In this document: positions 56,521-64,000 of the stretch, piece by piece | How positions within the stretch are numbered: the first letter of the stretch is position 1 | Layout: each line of letters opens with the position of its first letter | Origin: Antedon mediterranea | Lineage: Eukaryota > Animalia > Echinodermata | Reading direction: 5' to 3' | Assembly: GCF_964355755.1 (NCBI RefSeq) | Contig: NC_092671.1 | Span: 16,802,001-16,866,000 of the forward strand | Length of the DNA stretch: 64,000 nucleotides | Translations under genes and position numbers: made by a program | Notes under the pieces: generated by a model | Seen by the model: only the letters and a program-made list of their open reading frames with translations | The model's database searches: none | Told to the model about the DNA's origin: nothing

Positions 56521-57987
56521 TATTCTAATGAGAAAAATAACAGGAATTGATAAGAATATATCTGGAGCATGTTTCTAATACAGAATAGGCCTAAATCAAA
56601 CTCAATCAAACAAATTTAAATACAAAAGAACAAATTTAAATGGGAAAATAAACAAATATGCCTACCCTTAAGAATAAAACTATAGACTGGACTAATTGAT
56701 TTATGATTTGATTTATTCAATATCGGCTCACTTTGTTGTTCTGAAAAGGAGTTACTCGACGTTTCGATCAAAAAGTAATAACATGATAAAATGAATGCAA
56801 GATGTGTGTTGATGGATCTTAAAAAGAAGAGGGCTACAAACCCAGTAGCTCTATATCATCAGAACAATATTTACTAATGCTTCCAACACATCACAAATAT
56901 AGGACAAACAATGTCATTCATGTCACTTGATTCTGCGTCTATTTTTGTTCGTAAAAGTATGCCGGGCCTATTAATGTACGTTTCATAGAAGCACAGATAA
57001 CTTAATAACTTTATTATTAAAAATTGTACTTTTTTGCGTATTGAGTGAACATCACTAATCAAAATATATTAAAACTAAATCGATATTTTGATCATTTCAC
57101 AAAATGTGAGGTCTTTCAATGTCCATGTCTTTGTATAAACACTTGACAGTGGACAAACTTTAAATGCGCCAACAGTCGGTTACTTGCATACTTTGACCGA
57201 CAATCACAATGGAAATGAATAGGCTCTATGTACAACATAGATCTCCGTTACAAAAAGAGATCCACAAAGGAGCCATCACAGGCCTAATGATTTTTGTTAA
57301 AGATTTCTCCTTTTTTAGCCCTACCTATTTGGTATTCCTTCTAGTTTGCATCAACTCCAGTAGACACTTCAATTTCCGTTCGTCTTCCGTTCAGTGGAAT
57401 TGAATTGCAGCCCAATCTCTATTACCAAGCTATAAGGTCTGCAATTTCTGGAATCCATTCGATTCATATGAACAAATCAGGGAGGAGTAACTTTTAAACC
57501 AAATATATGAATAAGAATAAGTGTAGGCACCTTTGATATTTTTGAATAAGACTCGGAAGAAGATCGTTTCCGTGTCTTTTCTGTTATTCATATTCATGGC
57601 ATAATAATCATACAGCAGCCGTACCCGTAGGCTTTATACCTACTAGTACTACCGTGCTTAATTGTTTGTTATAAAATAATTTAAATTCAGAGAGGCTTAT
57701 TATTTCAGCCCGAGTTAAAACAAGTTAAATTGGGTTTATATAATATAAACCGGCTTGCTTTTTTATTATTCGTAACGTGTTGAGACAAAATACGGCGTAA
57801 AAATAATTCTTTCATAAGGTTGTATAATTCGCCGTCTGGTACATGAAGGCTACTGATAAAAGTTTAAGACTTTTTTGTTGAAGGTCGAAGAGGTACGTAG
57901 GCCCAGTTGGGTTGGCGTGATTTTTGTTCAATTGTCTGATTACAGAAAATAACTTCAACATGATTTGAATATAACTCTGCTATAAAG

Positions 57988-58126
57988 ATGGACAATTCTA
58001 GTTCTGAGAGAAGTCCATCTTATACTGATAGTTCTCCAGGATCTTTTGGTCGAATGAAATTTTGGGAAAACGATGTGAACGCAGCTACCCAACATCACAA
58101 ACCGACTTACCCGTCGTTTGGTCTTG
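57988..58126 (+). CDS. Probable first coding exon of an unidentified plus-strand gene
   Basis: Acceptor-like gattacag at 57945, aagATGG context, MDNSSSERSPSYTDSSPGSFGRMKFWENDVNAATQHHKPTYPSFGL then G|GTAAGT consensus donor; CpG-richer surroundings. Confidence 0.5.
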
Positions 58127-58909
58127 GTAAGTACTTTGTTTGTCGCGACTTAAGTCCCGGACGATATTAAACGACGCTCATTCAGTCAGGCCTAGACTTC
58201 TGTTTTGTAAAATAAAATCTATATTTCTGTGAATCGGCCGTTTTTGACAGAAATAATAGCGAATTAGGCATACCAATTAACGTTTAACCTTTATTTTCAA
58301 TTTTAATAATACAACAAATCATTTTTGATTTTTTATACTATAATTTAAAAAATATTTTTATAATATTTGATAAAAAGAAAAGAAAATTTGAAAATAATTA
58401 AATATCAATATTATTCTTGTTATTGGGGTAATCTAATGCATAACAATAATTATCTTTGATAAACCTACAACAAATTTAAATGGAGCAAATTTGTTTGTAA
58501 AAATTGTGTTAATATAGTTTAATGAATACATTTTTAAAATCACTGTTTCACATTGTGTTTGATGTATGGACATTTAAAATGTAAATGTATGAAGAAAATA
58601 GTGTTTTTGTAAGAAGAACGCTGGATGATAATAACTAGGCCTATTTTATTCTTAGAAGAAAAAACAACTTTAAAGAAATAGTAATTTTTAATAGGTATCA
58701 TGGGAATAATTATCATTTTTCTTTTTTCTACAATATTTCTTCAAAACAATTTCAACAAAATTCAATGCATGTTAGTCATTAATTCTGCTTCTTTACAAAA
58801 TAAATCAGTTGAATCTTGCCTTTGAAACGACAGATTGTTATATGCTACATTAAAGTGTAAATTTACCAAATTTATATTAAAGTAAAACCCACACAATACA
58901 GTAAGTGAT

Positions 58910-59303
58910 AAAGATATATTTTGTCCCCCTAAACAATCTTGTAAAGAAATTTGTTTGAATATGCCATTTTAATGTCGAACATATATTTACTTGTTCTTTT
59001 TTACCAAAAATTAAATAGAAAAAACATAATAAACACAAAATAATTAACCAAAATTCTATTAAATGTTAATTTTAACCTGAGCTTATTTTGTTTTTTTTAT
59101 AAGTGAAATCATTATTATTGTTTTTTCTGCGTAAGTGATCTACTGCATAATTTCAATTTGTTTTACAGTATCTACTGTATATACCATTAGTATATACTGA
59201 ATTTCCATTTTAAATGAATCAATACAATTTCTTGAATCTTAAATTCAAATTTAGATTTTATTCATCTTTATTTGTCGTATTTTGGGGGACAATACATATT
59301 CAA
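58910..59303. mobile_element. MITE (family of 37531)
   Basis: aagatatattttgtccccc ... tttgggggacaatacatatt terminal inverted repeats. Confidence 0.55.
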
Positions 59304-60087
59304 TAATTTACGGTGTTTTGTAGTCTCGATTTATACAGCTGTTTCATTTTCTTGTTTTGTAGTTTGTCTGAATTGTGTACGTTGTTTAGGAGTAAATGCT
59401 TGATTGGCTTTTATTTGTTCTTCTAAAACACCAATGTTCCGTTCACTGCGTCACTTTAACACTCATAGTTTTACTTTGACAATAGAATTTACAATTATTT
59501 ATTTGTTGTTGTATGTATATATTTCTCTCATATTGTTAGTCATTTAAATCAAAGAATAGGCTTTTATTTATGGGTTTACCTGAATTATTCTGACAAAATT
59601 ATCATCACAGATCACACAGACTTAATCGTATAACAGGATTGCTTGATTCTGGTTCTGTGTAGAATATGATTGTATATTGAATGATTACTAAATGGAACAT
59701 TCAGGTAAAACTCGTAAACTCTACAGTAGTTAGAAAAATGTTTCTATTTTTTAAATCTTTATGTTTATTGTTATCAGATTTTGACAGTTTCAAAAAGATG
59801 ACTGTTAATTGAAAAAGTATATAATAAAATTATTAGGTGTAAAAGATAGAAATTCTGTAAATTAAACTAATTTATATTTAGGTTTGAATTCAACATGTTT
59901 ATGTATTATTTGTTTAGGTCATCAGATTTCTTTGTCATCTGAGCCATTGCCTACTGCTGTGTAAGGGCAATTTGCTCTGCCTTCAGCAAAGTATCCCGCA
60001 AACAGTGCCTTCACTGCTCCTACTTTTTTTCATTTGCATGCTTTTCTCATTCTATTGCAATGTGCTTTAAACATGTTTTGTACCGCA

Positions 60088-60416
60088 AATCATGAAAATT
60101 AAGATTTATAAAATCAGACTTTGAATAGGTCATTTGCAGTTCTAAGTTATTTACTTTCATAAGAAAAAAAATCAATAGTATAAAAATAATGATTTCACCT
60201 ACAAAATAAACAGTTTCAAAAATTTAACCAAAAACCCATTATCTGACAAAACTACAGACAGTCTGACTATTTGTTTCTTTAAATTACAGTTTTTTCAGGT
60301 AATAATTTTGTTGGCAATCCAAATTTTGGTCAAAGTGACTTTGTGTGACATTAAAATGGCATATTAAAATAAAAACATGGTTTAATTATTTTTTCAAGGG
60401 ACAATAAATCTTTTAA
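60088..60416 (-). mobile_element. MITE (family of 37531), opposite orientation
   Basis: catgaaaattaagatt..gactttgaatagg..aaatggcatatt..gggacaataaatctttt is the reverse complement of family blocks. Confidence 0.55.
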
Positions 60417-63400
60417 ACATCCAAATGTTGAAGCTTTAGTCTATCACAAAATCTATTGGGATGAGTTTCAGAGCTTGTATTATAATCCTTTGTTTCCGTT
60501 TGGCGACAACAAAAATGCAGCCTGGGTATGGCATAGCCAACCCCAATAATGCCAAACTTAAATTATTATTAATTACATATTAACAGCAGTACTTTGTCAT
60601 TGAGGAAATAAACCTCCATGGTTTTAGGTACAGTAATCTGTTATAAAATGTTGTACAGTAAATCGAAATTGTACAATCAACACAAATACATTTCATAATA
60701 AAATAATATTATGTGCAATGATTTAAAAACAATCAGTACTTAATTCACAAAAATGTATACTCCTGTCAAGTAATTTGTATTATCTTCTTGATTGATTTTA
60801 TTTATTAACCAGTCACGCAGTACAAACAATATAAACATAAACAAATTTGTTTACTCAGTATGATAAGACAAGTTAAATGAAGGTTTGCATGGCGAAATCA
60901 AATGTTAAATTGATTGATTGATATTGATACTGTACTTATTTCCATTGGGATCACAAGACTAATTTTGCCATATTAGTTTTAATTAGAATGATAAACTTGG
61001 CTTTTGTTAGACCATGGAGGAAAAAATGAACCTCCATGGTTGGAAATTGTACATTTAAAACCCTACATTCTTCCAATAAGAAGATTAAAAATTACTTTCT
61101 GAAAAGTTTCAAGACAATACAAAAGTAAGCGAATAGTTTTATTTTCAAATCAATTCTAGAATAATTTGTAGGTGTGTAGAATTACAATTCCAACGTGCAA
61201 TGTTATGAGCCAGGGGTTAACAACATTCAGGTATTTTGATGTTGAAAAAGTTGAGCTAGATAAAATATTTGAGAATATATTTATCAATTGATCAGCTGGG
61301 ACAGGTTTCAAATTTCATTTCTCCAACTTCACATCGGTCGTTTTTCATTCGTTAATGATGTTCATGGACTCCAACAAAATCATCGCTTGTTGACTTTAAA
61401 ATAATGAGTTTCGAATCTGCTTCAAGTTTTGCCAGCCCAATCATAATATTGAACATCTCAATGATACAATGTGTCTCGATTTTTTGGCCCTGACCCAGGC
61501 AAACTGGGTCGCCTCTCACGGAGCATTCTAGACCAACTCCAGGGTGTTGTGCTCAGAACACAGCAAAAGCAAACAAACACTTTACTGTGTGTACTGAATG
61601 TACCTGCTGCAAATTAAAGCCTGTTGAGCTGTGGTGACTACTTATTTCGCTAGCACTACATTTTATTTTTATTTGGCTAAAATCAAAATAACACGCAATT
61701 CATGTTCCTCTCGTCAATTAGTCAAAATGTTATTGCACGACTACTTGCTTTAAAAAAATGAGGAAAATTGAGTCATTAAACATCAAAAGTGCATATGCTC
61801 CTTTAGAAGGTATGTATTCAGTTTCAAACTTTCTGTTTATTATAGTTACAGTAATTTAAATTCTATTTTAAAAATGAATGTTTACTGTATCTGTAACCAT
61901 ACAGTACATTGCGCCCAGATGGAATTCTTACAAACTATAGTATTATGCATCGATAAGTAATTTTTTTAATGCGAGTACCTGATGGTTTGTGCAAACTACA
62001 GTACGGTACCTACTTTTTTACAAATTTATGTAGACATTTTCCTCACTTCAAATTTGTGGAGATTTGTGCTACAAACTAGCACACATAGTCGCGGCACACA
62101 TATCTGTACTGTACAGTAATTACAGTATTATGATCAATAATATTGGTAAGATGTTGGCAAAGCTACTCCACAGTAGTTTTAATTACAATATTGTTTAGTT
62201 ATGATAGGAGACCCAACAACCTTCTTGATTGTAGTTTTCACTCCATTTCAATTTTTTTTGGCTGGTACAGCAACTAACTGCACATTTTAATTTAGTGTTT
62301 TGTTGGATTGTAAATGTCTTTCATGTTGGCTTCTGGCCTTGGAGGTTACATTTTATCTGTATCAAATTGGTTTTGTGATGCTTAGATAATATTTCAGCAA
62401 GACCTACTTTATTGCAATCTCTAAACTTTTTGCTTTTTCAACAAAAGTTTGAACACCAAATGTATGATGAATGCGCATCAAATGTATATAAAAAACACAT
62501 CAGGCAGAGAACGTGAATTCTAAACTGCCTGGTATTTACACTTTACATAATTTGTTTTTATCGTTAAACATGGTGAAAATGGCTGACATACCTAAGCATA
62601 CAGTACAATCTTATCCAAATTAAAAAATGTAGACTAAAAATAATATGTTTATGGTAGATACTGTAGCCCGGAGATTGGTATTTAAAATGCACAGACAGTA
62701 GAAAATGAATACCGCCGTGTAGTTAGATGATGCTCCAACTGTCGCCTGTAGTATTGTACACTTTAAATGTAGCCTACATACATATTCATGTTTCTGTGGG
62801 GCTATAGTCATGTTGTTGGTTAGCAACATATTTTGTAGCCAACATACCGGGAGCAGTGGGAGATTTGTGGTTATGTCTAGCTACGCTGACTTTACAGTTG
62901 TTTTTATTGGGTTGCTACTTATTTAAATTCATAATTTGATCATTTTTGGATAAGAAAATCAAGCCATGTCCTCATGAAATAAAAAACCCCTTAGGGTTTT
63001 AATGTTTGCAAATTAACTGGCGACGCCTAAAACTGAAAACCGTTCCTGAAAAACATACAGTTTATTACTGAAAAAACATATACGTACTTATTTCTAGTAA
63101 GTAACAGATACTTCATTATTTTATTTATGTTTTAACTACTAGATGTTTACAGTAGTATGATCCAGGGAATGATAATTCGGAGAATAGGATATACCTATAT
63201 TTATCTTGATTAACTAATCATTTTAAAGGCAATGTTATATATCGTTATAGATGTAAATATTTAATTATCAAATCTCAACTATATTGCCATGGTGGATTGA
63301 CGGGTGCTCATTTCAGAATAATTTCTGAATTAATCATTCGGGTTATTTTTACTTGTGTTACGAGATGTAGACTCGTATGACCAACAAGATTCATCGTATT

Positions 63401-64000
63401 ATTGGAGTTCATTGGCCTTGTTTTAAGATATATTTGTATCAAATTGCTTTCGCAACTGGTTTACACCCAAACTCAAATTCTTGAATGTTTTTACTAAAGT
63501 CTCTTTTACCTTTGGGTATTCTTTTTCCCCTAATTAGTAATGTTGAAACAATTTAGTTTAGTTAATTTAATTTCTTTTTTTCATTATACATTTAACAGTA
63601 CAGTGTAGGTCTACCACAGCGAGTTTCCCACTTTCAAAATGTGACACCATGTTAAAACACACAGTACAATTTATGATTAAAAGGAAGGGTTAAAAACAAA
63701 AATTACAGTTAGCATAAACCATTTGATTTAAAATGTTATGTTGACTTTAAAATGCTTAAGTCATTTTAGAAACATTTCCCATGGACATAAAATTTCAGCT
63801 AAAAATGATTGAATCATTAATATTTTAAAATAGGAGACAGCATAATACATTGATACATAATTATCTATAGTAAATAAACGAAGACCATTATACCTGCAAT
63901 TTTTAAGTTTTTAAAAAATAATGCATAACATTAAACCAGGTCATTTTTGTATTGTACGTTCAAAGGTTAATTATGATGAAAAGAGAAAAACAATGTCTCT

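Overview
AT-rich, intron-containing animal genomic DNA, probably a marine invertebrate deuterostome such as an echinoderm (inference from composition and repeat types only). Left half: a minus-strand mitochondrial carbamoyl-phosphate synthetase gene (CPS1/CPS III type). I traced 33 GT-AG coding exons by hand from ATG 34030 to 2099 (4271 nt, about 1423 codons). The last exons lie beyond the left edge, and there is a probable 5'UTR exon near 35935-36030. Its introns hold minisatellites, SINEs, MITEs and Penelope-type hammerhead ribozyme motifs. They also hold a 128-bp array that repeats the end of exon 26 and its splice donor 16 extra times, each copy looking like a recursive (AG|GT) splice site. 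Right half: a tandem cluster of LamG/ConA-like lectin-fold genes with uninterrupted coding regions (3 intact, 3 or more decayed, one a clean chimera). A 5'-truncated L2/CR1-group LINE sits inside it, fused to an inverted 258-bp copy of the neighbouring gene's upstream region that gives the RT ORF an in-frame ATG. An unidentified plus-strand gene probably begins near 57946. All calls are from manual reading; no database searches were run.
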